The notes below the pieces were generated by a model. It saw nothing but the letters and a program-made list of their open reading frames with translations. It was not told where the DNA came from and made no database searches. Both the position numbers and the translations under genes were made by a program. A stretch of DNA of 64,000 nucleotides from Chiloscyllium plagiosum. Lineage: Eukaryota. Shown piece by piece: positions 38,701 to 50,700 of this stretch. Position 1 is the first letter of the stretch, and each line of letters opens with the position of its first letter. Location: positions 9,894,728-9,958,727 of the forward strand of contig NC_057749.1 of NCBI RefSeq assembly GCF_004010195.1, read 5' to 3'.

Positions 38701-41700
38701 TGACTCCATCTGGAGGAGATGGTGGTGTAGCAGTGGTGTCACAGGGCTAGTAAACCAGAGGTGCAGGTTAGCACTCGGGTGTCACTGGTTCGAATCCCAA
38801 TATGGCAGTTGGCAGTATGTAAATTCAGTTTGCACATCTGGAATAAAGGCTGGGGTTGTGATACATGGGTAGCGTCCTTACCTCTACACCAGAATATCCA
38901 GCGGCACTTCAGGGTGTGCTGGCCACAGAGCGTGCTGTTGACTTGAAACAAAAAAATTGCTGAAAAGCTGCAGTCATCAATTGTTCTAGCAATCAACACA
39001 GTTCACTAACCTTCTTTTAGGGATTAAAATCTGCCATCCTTACCTGGTCTATCCTACATGTGACTCCAGACCCACAGCAAATTGGTTGGCTTTTAACTGC
39101 CCTCTGGGCAATTAGGGATGGGCAATAAATGCAGGCCTAGCCAGCGACACCTGTCTCCTGTGAATGAATTAAAAACAAAAACAGTAGGCTGAGCAAACCA
39201 CTGAGTTCAAGGGCACTAAGGGATGAGATAATAAATGCAGGGCTTTTGCAGCAATTGATAATTTCATGAGCATTTTATGCCAGAACTGGCTTTCAATTCA
39301 GATTTATTCATTGAAACTAAATTCTGCTCAGTGCTGCAGTGGGATTTGAACCGGTGATCCTAAAGCTTTATTTACCCTGGGCCAGTCAATTACCAGCCCA
39401 CTGACATGATCATCTCTCCCCACAATGGCTGTCGTGATTTGATTTCTTAATAAGTTACAAACTACTTACCAGAGACCAGTTGGAAATAGCCAGTGTGTTT
39501 AATACATGCAGAGCACTCTAAAGGTAACGGCAGTGCTAATGGAAATTGGTTTGCCTGACTTGCCAAATTTAAGGGTGGGTGGTTAAAGTTGAGGATTCTG
39601 CTGCTACTATTTCTGCTGTCGCTGCCAGTGTCTGCCAAGTAACAGCCTGTTGTTGTTCTGCACTCCAGACTAAGCTGTGGTAGGTTAAGGCGTGTTGCAT
39701 ACTCCAAGATGAGCTGCATTGTCCCCTGTTACAGAATAATTGTTTCTGCCCATGTTCAGAACAAATCCATTACTAATCCACCCACAGGCTGAATCCCAGT
39801 TCAAAAATTAAACAACAGCAAGCTGATTCTGGAACGATGACAGATTTGTTCTCATTGGCAAAGGATTCACTCCCTCGGTTAACCATGTGGCTCCCGGTTT
39901 TTCATGTTGAAAAGTATTTGAAATTCATTTCTGATATTCCCGGAACACACCTAAAACCTGGGCATGGGAAATATTACTCTAATATTACACTAAAGACATG
40001 AGGGAGACAGTGAGGGGAAAAAAAAGGGAGACTGAAGCAATAGGGAATCAAAGAGTCTTGAGGAGACCTTGGATTGTGTCTTATATTCTTGCCCCCGACT
40101 AAGAGTGGCCACATTCAGAGAACAAAGTTTAAAAATCACCAAACGCCAGGTTATAGTCCAACAGGTTCACTTAGAAGTACAAGTTTTCAGAGTGCTGTTC
40201 CTTTGTCAGGTAGCTAGTGGGGCAGGATCATAGGACTCAGAATTTATGGCAAAAGATCAAAGTGTCATATAACTGATGGGGAAATATTAAACATTCAGTT
40301 AGAGTTAGAGAGTTGAACAAGTTGGCGCTGATATTTGGATGATGGAAATCAGCAACTCAAGATGGAGGGAATCCATGGGATAGTTTTAAAAGCAAGATTG
40401 AGGTCTCCGTGTCGTTTTGTGGAGACTAATCGAATTGGAAAAGGCGAATTGATGAGGGCAGTATGTTTTGTAATTTGAACGGCCTGGGTAGCAGTGAAGC
40501 CAGCGAGCTTTAGAAAATTCCAGTCTTGCCCCCAAAATCATGATGGGTACATTTTTGTTAAACCATCAAATATTCCCAGTTTCCAAATCTTAGTATGAAG
40601 GCAAATTGTCTTTTTATCATATTGAATTGGGCCCAAATGCAGTACAAGGATACATTTGTGAAAGGGGGCAAAAAAGTTTGCTTGTTCTAAACTGAAGAAT
40701 CTCTCCATTTAAGTGTGTTTTACAAAGATTTAATTAATTTGCAATGAGAATTAATTAAGTTTTTTACTTTTCCTCTGAAGACAGTAATGTGCTCTGAATG
40801 AAAGTCTCTTTAAATGTTTTCCGAAGGTGTCAGGAAATGGAAACTTTTTTGTTTTAGTTTCTCAGACACACCCGTGAGAGGTTAAAAATATTAACATTGA
40901 GCTTGCTAAATTTGGGTTATGACTCACCAGCTTTGAGTTGTTTGAAGTTTTACAAGAATGTTGCCGGGATTGGAGGATTTGAGTTATAGGGAGGGGCTGA
41001 ATAGGCTGGGGCTATGTTTCCTGAGCGTCGGAGGCTGAGGGTGACATTATATAGGTTTATAACATCATGAGGTTTATGGTGTAGGTTTGCTTGCTGAGCT
41101 GTAGGTTTGATATCCAGACGTTTCATTACCTGGCTAGGTAACATCATCAGTGGCGACCTCCAAATGACGCGAAGCTGTTGTCTCCTGCTTTCTATTTATA
41201 TGTTTGTCCTAGATGGGCTTCCTGGGGTTTGTGGTGATGTCATTTCCTGTTCGGTATCTAGAACTATGTGTTTGTTTTTGGCGTTGTGGTTGGAGTGCCA
41301 GGTCTCTAGGAATTCTCTGGCTTGTCTTTGCTTAGCCTGTCCCAGGATAGATGTGTTGTCCCAGTCGAAATGGTGTTTTTTTCCTCCGTGTGTAGGGCTA
41401 CGAGGGAGAGAGGGTCGTGTCTTTTTGTCGCTAGCTGATGTTCGTGTATCCTGGTGGCTAACTTTCTTCCTGTTTGTCCTACATAGTGTTTATGGCAGTC
41501 CTTGCATGGAATTTTGTCTACACTTTGAGATGCTCCGTCTTCAATTTGCCTGATAATTATTTGATTTATTATTGCCATGTGTACCTAGGCACAGTGAATT
41601 GTTTTGTTTTGTTTTGCGTGCGCTACAGATCATACCATACAAAGTGCATTAGGGTAATAGAATAGAACGAGGAATACAATGTTACAGCTACAGAGAAGGT

Positions 41701-44700
41701 GCGCAAAGAGCAAGATCCACATTAAATTTTAAATTTGTGAGGTCTATTCAAAAGTCTAATGACAGTGGGGAAGAAGCTGTTCTTGAATCTATGTTTAAGC
41801 TTTTTGTTTTTTCTGCCTGACGGAAGAGGTTGGAAGAGATTATAACTGGGGTGTTGTTGTTGGCTGCCTTCCCGAGGCAGTGAGAAATATAGATGGAGTC
41901 AATGTGTGCAAGGTTGGTTTATGTGATGGATTGGGCTGTGTTCACAACTCTGTAGTTTTGACAGTCCTGGGCAGAGTAGGTACTGAACCAACTTGCGATG
42001 CATCTGGATGCATTAGAGGACTGACGTCAGGTGCACAGAGTCCTGTTACAATGTCAGGGGAAAGGAAATATTTACAAAAGCAGCATATTCATGTAGAGTT
42101 GATTTGCAACATTACCTTGAGTGTGAATCGGACAAGATTGACAATATCCATGTGTGCTGAAAATGTGTTGCTGGAAAAGCGCAGCAGGTCAGGCAACATC
42201 CAAGGAACAGGAGAATCGACGTTTCGGGCATAAGCCCTTCTTCAGGAATCCATGTGTATTAAGTTGATGACGCATTGAGCCTGTCTACACTCAGTATGGC
42301 TTCAACCTCTTGATTAAGCATTCCTTCCTTGTTCCATTGAGTCCAGAACATCAAGAGATCAGAGGAAAACCACCCTGGGTAAATTTGGGAAATAATATTT
42401 TGTGAAAACATCCCTCTGCCACCTCCCCCATCTCCAGCAAATTGAAACCTGTCTGAGAAATATTGAAGTGAAAGCTCTCTCCATCATCTGTGGCACAAGC
42501 AGCTTTGATGGTTAGCTATTGTTTCCTCCTTAATGTGTTATTATCTGGTGCTAGGATACAACCTAAGAATGTAAATTTCTGCAAGCCTTTTCCCTGTGTG
42601 AAGGAAGGAAGGGATCTGAGCACAATTCGCTGCTGTTATTTTTCTCATGTAACATTGCCGCAATTCTCTCACTGCCTATGCCTCTTCACCATGGGAACCA
42701 GAGGACCAATGCTGTGGGGACATGAGTTCAAATCTTGTCATAACAGCTGGCCATAAACTCATACGGCCTGGAAACAGACCCTTCAGTCCAACTCACCTAT
42801 GCCGACCGGGTTTCCTAAACTGAACTGGTCCTACTTCCCTGCCTTTGGCCCATATCCCTCTAAACCTTGCCTATTCGTGTACCTATCCAAATGTCTTTTT
42901 AATGCTGTAATCATAACCAACATCTTATCACTTTCTCTGGCAACAGTGTTACAGAGCTGGTGACCTGGGGGTCTGGACTAATGCTGCAAAGTCACACGTT
43001 CAGATCCCACCACGATAGCTGTGGGAAGGTAAATTCAACTCATAAATGAGTCTCAAATATAGTGAGCATAACAGAACCAGATTGTCATTAAAAACCCATC
43101 TGGGTCACCAATATATTTTAAGGATGGAAATCTGCCATCCTTCCCCAGTCTGGCTCATATGTAACTACAGACAAATAACAATGAGGTTGCCTCTTAATTG
43201 TCCCCTCAAATGTCCCTGCAAGTCACATCACTGAATAAAAGGTGTACAAAAGGAGTTGTTCGAGTAACTAAACTGGGCTGTTCACAAAAGCAGTTCATCA
43301 CCACTCACCACTTACCACGCCTCCCCCCCCCCCCCCCCCCCCCCCACCGGCAACCAGAATTGTATACAGTATTCTAAGTGCAAGTTAAGTTCAGTTAATA
43401 AAATCAGTTGTAGTAATGGCGGTCCGTGATAATGTCATTGTAAAAGCCCAACTGATTCGGTAATAGCCTTTAGGGACATCTGCCATCCTCACTTGGTCTG
43501 GCCTGCATGTAGTTCCAGACAAACAGCGATGTGGTTCATTCTTGAAGTGGCCAAGTAAGCCAAGGGTAATTAAGGAATGGTCAACAAATTCTAACCTTGC
43601 CCACATCCTTTGAGACAAAGCAAGCCCAGTCCTACCCTTCCTGAATATCAGAATGTAAGCATTCGGTGGAGTTAGGTTGTAAGGTTTTGGACAGAACTGT
43701 TTTCACAACTGCATTCGACTGGCTGATGAAGTTGTCCATTTAGATTACTAATCAAATGTTCTTTCATTGCTGCGAATCATGTTCAGAACTTATCTGGCCC
43801 TCAGTTCAGAACACTGTTTACAGTTACATAAATATCTAGAGCTTACTGTTTATTCATTTGTTCATCTGACCTCCTTAGTTAGTTGCAGAATCAGTTGAAT
43901 GTTAGCTTGCAGTCTCCTGTCCTTGACAGCACATTGCCCAAGATAATATCAAGCCAAGAGCAAAAGCTGTGATATGTGGAGCTGGTTTCCTCTGTTACAA
44001 TGTCGTCATTGATGCTCTGTGCCTTCCAGCCCCTGTGTGTCCAATTGAGTGGAAAACATACTGCTGTCAACCATTGTCTCCTTCAAGCAGATTCATTTCC
44101 TGGGAAAGCATTTTAACTCCTGAGTTTGTTTTCCCCGATTCCAGTGCCATTGACTGGAGGAAGCCAATGTAATGTGCAGTCTCTGAGATGCACCGTGAGA
44201 TGGCAAAATAGTTGTAGCAGTTAAGGAGGGCGATCATTTAACCAGATTGTTGTTGGGTTAGGGTTGGGGAACTGGTGCAGGCCATTCAGCCCCACTCAAA
44301 CCTGCTCTCTCATTCAGTTAGGCTGTGTCTAATCTGTATCATAACCCCAGCGAACTGCATTGTTTCACTTGCTATGTTTGGCTATTTTCTCATTGACCTC
44401 ATTCTCATTAATACGCACCTCTGCAGTAGGCTGAGGTGCTGCACTACCACTGTGCCACAATAGCCTTATTCCTTGGTGTGTTTGCCAAATGTTTATCCAT
44501 CTCAGGTTTGAAACTTTCATCTGGCCTCCAGTCTGAGCAACTGTTCATGAGACCTGAGTAGGGCATTGTGCACAGTGCCTTCAATTTTATATTTGCCAGG
44601 ATGCATGATCTCTATTTACAAGGGGACATCTTGTTTTGATTTTTTTTATTTTCACATGAACTCAAGTACAAAAGTACAGGAGTGCAGTAAAAATTGTATA

Positions 44701-47700
44701 ATGCTGCCACAAAAGGCACCATCTTAAGTACAAGTACCTAAGTATGGAATCAAAAAGAAATAACAATTTAAAGGTTAAACGTTGCAGTGATTAAAGTACA
44801 ATGACACCATCTTTATTTTCTACTTAAAACAAAGAAAGTTCAAATATTACAGTCTTAAGTGCTTAGCGACAGTGGGACCACACTTTGATGAATTACCTTG
44901 AGGCCGGAAGTCCACGCTGAGGCTGTCCAACCAGGTCTGTGCTAAGTCTGAGGCTGGCAGTCCGTGACAGACAGAAGAGAGCAGGAAAGAAAATAGATGA
45001 GAACAAAAAAAGTAGAGGAAGGAAACCAAACAGACCGAGCGGATAAGCTCCATCTGAAGTGTCCTACTCCACTGCCATCTTGGACGCATGGCTGAGATGC
45101 AACATTGGGAGAGGGATGCCATTTCACATTTTCATTAGTCTTTTTATGGAGGCGCGCTCTGTGACGTCACCCCGATTGGCTTTGCTGTAGTTTTAAGATA
45201 ACTCCCTCTACTCCACAAATGTATGTCCTATCTCATTTGGTCTCCGAAGGATCTGAAAGTGCTCCAAATCCAATGAGTTACCTTTCACAGCGAGACTAGC
45301 ATGGTTTCCGAAGCAAATGAATTGGCCATTTTACACATCGAGCATGGCCCAGATTGTTTGATCTAATTCCAGTGGCCATTGACTGGTGGAATCCAACAGG
45401 ACGTGCAGTCGCTGAGATGCAATGTGAGAAGGCAAAATAATTGTCGATGTAAAGGTAGAAAGTTGTTCAACTGGTTTGGTGTTGGATGAGGGAACTGATG
45501 CCGGTCACTCAGGCCCACGAACTTGATTTTACGTATGATTCCGTCTTCATAAAATATAAATCAGCAGGTACAATCCTAACCCTCCATTTCCCATCACATT
45601 CTCTGGTTCAGATTCTTCAAAGCGAGTGGTTTTCAAGCAAACGTTCTAATGTCCTTGTGTTTCCTTTTACTGTAGCGTTGATATTAAAAATGCATCGGTA
45701 GGCCTACAGGATTTAGGGTCAAAGTTCCCAAAGGGTAATTTTTTACGATTAAGATCTGAAACTAATTACCCAAATGGTGATGGAGATTGGAAAGGAGCAG
45801 GACTCTTGTGGCATAGTGGTAGTGTCCCTTCCATTAAGCCAGGAGACCCAAGTTCAAAATCCCACCTACTCCACGTGTGTCATAACATGTCTGACAATAA
45901 CTAGTAAGAAGGGAGTCATGTTTCACAATATCTTTTAACTTTTATGTTTTACTAATACCTTTTGGTACTGGTGCTGAGGAGGCATGTTAAAAGTATGCTG
46001 GCACGTTGTTGCCACCCATATAAATTATTTGAGACTGGAATGCGACAATACATCTTCAGCTTTAATGAGAAGTTTTGATCATCGAGATGAGAGGGTGATG
46101 CTTAAGCTCAGTCACTGCAGAGAACTGCAGGGTTAATCCCTTGCATCAGAAAGACTTGTCTGGGACTGCAGGAGAAATCTGGCCTCTGCCTGGGGAGAAA
46201 ATCATTGAGAGAGAACTCAGTGAGTTCTGCCGGAGAGAAATAAGAGCAGACACTATTTCAGTGTAATTTGTGATGGTAAACTTGGAAAGGAGTGAATTTC
46301 AAGCCGATGGAAAGCACTTTTCTGACAGATGCCACAGAATTCTTCACAAGGAACAGCGAGCATTGTACGGATTGTCCATCAGATGGAACAGCAGAGGAAA
46401 AAGCTTTGGAATAATTTACAAGACAGATGCTTAGCGTTGGCGGGATGCTCCTGGGTTTGTCTGGACAGATGAATTGAATCAAAGTGAAAGGTCATCGCTG
46501 TCCAAAAAACTTGGACAGATGCAATGCCTTTTAAATGCCTAATACACAGGAGGGTGGGGAAACCAATATGTTCCCTTCCCGAGATTAATCTGTTTAAGAT
46601 TTGTTATTTTTCCTCCTATGGTGACTGGTAGTGGTTAGTGCTGCTGCCTTAGAGCACCGGACACCTGGTTTGATTCCATCCCCAGAGGTTTCCTTCTCTA
46701 ATCCCTTTGAACAGCCCTATTGCACTGTATGGAATGAGCTGCATGAGGAAGTGGGGGAGGCTGGTACAATTGCAACATTTAAAAGGCATCTGGATGGGTA
46801 CATGAATAGGAAGGGTTTGGAGGAATATGGGCCAAATGCTGGCAAATGGGACTAGATTAGGTCAGGATGGACGAGTTGGACCAAAGGGTCTGTTTCTGTG
46901 CTGTACATCTCTATTACTCTATGACTTCAACAGCGACACTAGGTATTGACCAACCCATAATCTCTCTTGCTGTCTCTCGCTCTTGCTCTGTCTTCAGAGT
47001 TTTGTTCTTTCCAGTAGTGTAACACACTCAGTAATAGTGCAGCATGATGGCTCAGTGGTTAACACTGCTGCCTCACAGTGCAAAGGACCCAGGTTCAGTT
47101 CCAGCCCTTGATTGAATGTCTGTGTGGAGTTTGCACATTCTCCCCCTGTCCGTATGGGTTTCTTCAGGTGCTCTGATTTCCTCCCACAGTCCAAAGATGT
47201 GCAGCTTAGGTGGGTTGGCCATGGGAAAAGGCCATTCAACTCAGTGAATCTGCTGCTGCATTCAATCATAATTTGATAAGTTACTCAAGAACCTACCTAT
47301 CTCCGTCTTAAATATACTCAATGACTTGGCCTCCACAGCTTTCCGTGAATTCCATGGATTCACCACCCTCTGGCTGAAGAAGTTTCTCCTCATCGCCGTT
47401 CTAAAAGGATTATCCTTTACTGTAAGGCTGTGCCCTCAGGTCCTAGTCTCTGCTACCAATGGAAACATCTTACCAAAGTGGGGTGGTCAGTGTGGACTCG
47501 ATGGGGAGAATGACCTGCTGATTCTGTCAGCATGCAACCTGGATACTGTTAATGTTTGCTTTTAGAAATCTGTCTCTGCCAGTCAAGGAATCAATGGGCT
47601 GGGAGCAAAAGCTGTACATTATTCATTTCAGTTTCTGACAGCAAAAGATCAGTGCTCTTCAAATGGATTGTGATTGAAGTCCTTTGACAGGAAGGTTGCT

Positions 47701-50700
47701 TTAGTTTATCTGGGGGAAATATTTAATTCGGAGACATTGAGCAATCCCGTTACCTGGGATTTACTCCAATATTTCTCCTGGGGAAACAATGCTCAGGAAA
47801 TAATCTCAAATGTTGCCCAATCTTGCTAAATATATTTGTAGTTTGGTGAAAGGGAAATGAAATGAGCTATTGGGTCCTGAGCTTTTTTTCAATGTTCTGT
47901 TACTTTTGACCATTGTGCTTTTCCATGCCGAGAGGTGTGGGATGGTTGATTATTCATGGGATCATGTTTCTTTAACTGCTGGGCGTTCCCTGGTACTCGA
48001 TCCAGGGACTGACCTGTGTGTTGACAGGCTGCTGAACTGGAGAGAATTGAACCCAATCCTTCCATCAGATAGCTGGACACATCTCCACTTTTGGCAAGAA
48101 TATCCAGAACGTAACTAGGAACCAGTGATAACTCTTCATCTAATCCAACCCAAGAGGTTGGGACATTCAATGTGTTGACCATGTTTCATTAGCTAAGTTT
48201 TAGGTCCCGGCTAATCTTAAGGCCAAAGGGCTATACACAGCTCAGCTCCATGTCCTCACTTGCTGCAAAGTTCTATTCGTCTATCAATTTTTTTTTTTGG
48301 CCAATTAGACCCTTTTAGTATTCTTTTTCAGAATCAAATTGGGTGTGCCCAAGGAATGACCCCACATCCCTTTATCGTGACTCCTGTACAATCTACTCAG
48401 TCCAGTCCAGTCCAATCAATGATTATGATTAAATGGACCTCTGTAGATATGAAGGAATATGTCTCCACAAGCCAAATGTACAATAGATTCAAATTCAAAA
48501 GGGAAGAGCTTATTTGGCTCAACCTCTCTGAACTTCATGTACGAGAAATGTTTTACACCCAGTAATTATTCTTCAGTGTTTGTACGCTGTGGGGATTGAG
48601 GGTGTTTCAGCTCTTGGCCATACAACAGTGTATTTTTGATGAGGGTAACTAGATAACCGGGCAGTGTTCCGTTCCATTTCCACTCTGTGGGTCTGTTTTA
48701 ACAAATGTGTATGGTAGACTTGTCATAGATGAGACCGGAATCGAAACTGGGTCCCTGGCACTGGAATTTAAATATGATTGATAAAATCTGAAATTGAAAG
48801 CTAGCCTCCATAATGGTGGCCATGACCACTGTCATTAATGGCTATAATGTCTTAAGAGAAGGAAACATGCCCTTTTTACCCAGCCTGGCCCACCTTATGA
48901 ATCCATACTCATCAATGTGGCTAATCCTTAACTGCCCTCTGAAACGGCCAAGCATGCTACTCAATTCAAGGGCAGTGATGGATGGGCAACAAATGCCAGT
49001 GAAACCAGTGATGCCAACATCCCTTTAAAGAATAAACAAAAGCAGGGAAGTAGTTTATTTCATTAAGAACTAAAAATGCCTGAGTCTTTGCAGGACAAGA
49101 CTGGAATGATCTCTCCTGTTGTGTATTGGTTGAGTAGTAAGTATTGAATCTACCACAGGCATGTAGGTCAGGTTCACTGCCCTCTGGGATTTTGCTCTGC
49201 CTGCTCCACTCGCTGAGTTAATGGTTTCGATTTTCCTCCTCTTCCACCGAATGTGCAAGTTTTCTGAGAAACTCAATGAAAACATGTCCCCTCTTTTGTC
49301 GAGAATTTGCTCTTACAGACTCCTCCCAGGCTCAACTGACTAGAATAAATCACACAAGCCGTACACAGAACCACCTTCTGAAATGAAAATTGTTGGAAAC
49401 GCTCCAAATCTATGAGCATCTGAACCCTGGGAAGTTCATTGACCCAAAATGTGAACTTTAGCCTTTGCATTCTCCCGACACTGTCTGACCCGCTGAGTGT
49501 TTTCTGGCATCGTCTGTTTCTGATTCAGAATAGCCAGAAAATCTCTTTTGAGAGAGCTTCGCAGTGCTTTTCCCAACTTATGATTAGATTGTAAGTGTAA
49601 TTAGAATTGAATTGCAATTTCATATTTTAATATGATAATCCCACCGTGCCTCCTCATGTAAACTATATTTGGATACAGTGTTCGACACTGCTTCAGTGGC
49701 TGACACTACAACGATCTGTACAGCTGCATAACAAATGCCATCTGCTGATTTTTTTTTTTCCCCTAACCAGAGGCTGATTTTGAGCAGGAAGCCAAGTGAT
49801 AATGCTGGGAGTGAATCATCTGACTGGAGTGACCTATTAGTCCACACAGTGCATAGCCTTTAGTTTTCTGTAGATAGTGGAACTTTTATTGGGAAGATCC
49901 CAGATTGTAACCATAGGTGATAGTTACCAGGACATATGATTCTTAAGTGTCTTTTGTTCAAAGTCGTGAACAATTACGAGTTAGCTAGAGGTAGGGGACG
50001 CAGTTTTAAAAATGTAGGGTCTCCAGTTCCATTCGGAAACGAGGAGGAATTTCTCCTCCCAGAGGAGTGTTAGTGTTTGAAAGCAGCGGAGGCGGGGTCT
50101 TTGAATATATTCAAAGCTGAGTTGTTCAGACTTTTAATTGACAGGAGGGTTGAGGATTATGGGTGATTGGAAGGAAAGCGGAGCTTGGCCACACTCTGAA
50201 CTGCAGTCTGTTGAACGGCAGGAGGCTCAAGGGTCCGAGCGAGTCATGTCGTACAAAAACAAACCCTTTGGTCCAACTCGCCCATGCTGACCAGGTTTCC
50301 TAAATTAAACTAGTCCCATTTTGTCAGCATTTGGCCCATTTCCCTCTGACCCTTTCTGATTCATGTACCTGTCCAAATGTCTTTGAAATGTTGTAACTGT
50401 GCCCACATCCACCACTTCCTCTGGAAGTTCATTCCACACGTGAACTACTCTGTGTGAAAATGTTGGCCCTCAGGATCCTTTTAAATCTTAAACCCTCTTT
50501 ATCTTAAACCTAAGACCTGTAGTTTTGAACTGCCCTATCCTTAGGAAAAGACATATGCTATTCACCTTATCTATGCCCCTCATGATTTTCTAAACTTCTA
50601 TAAACCTCAACCACCTACAATCCAGTGGAAAAAGTTCCAATCTATCCAGCCTCTCCCTATAGCTGAAATCCTCCATTTCCAGTAACATCCTTGTAAATCT

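Noticed and set aside
46329..46472. Open frame after tctgacag (MPQNSSQG...) as an alternative exon or nested gene
   Set aside because: No recognisable homology, no good donor, terminates in a stop
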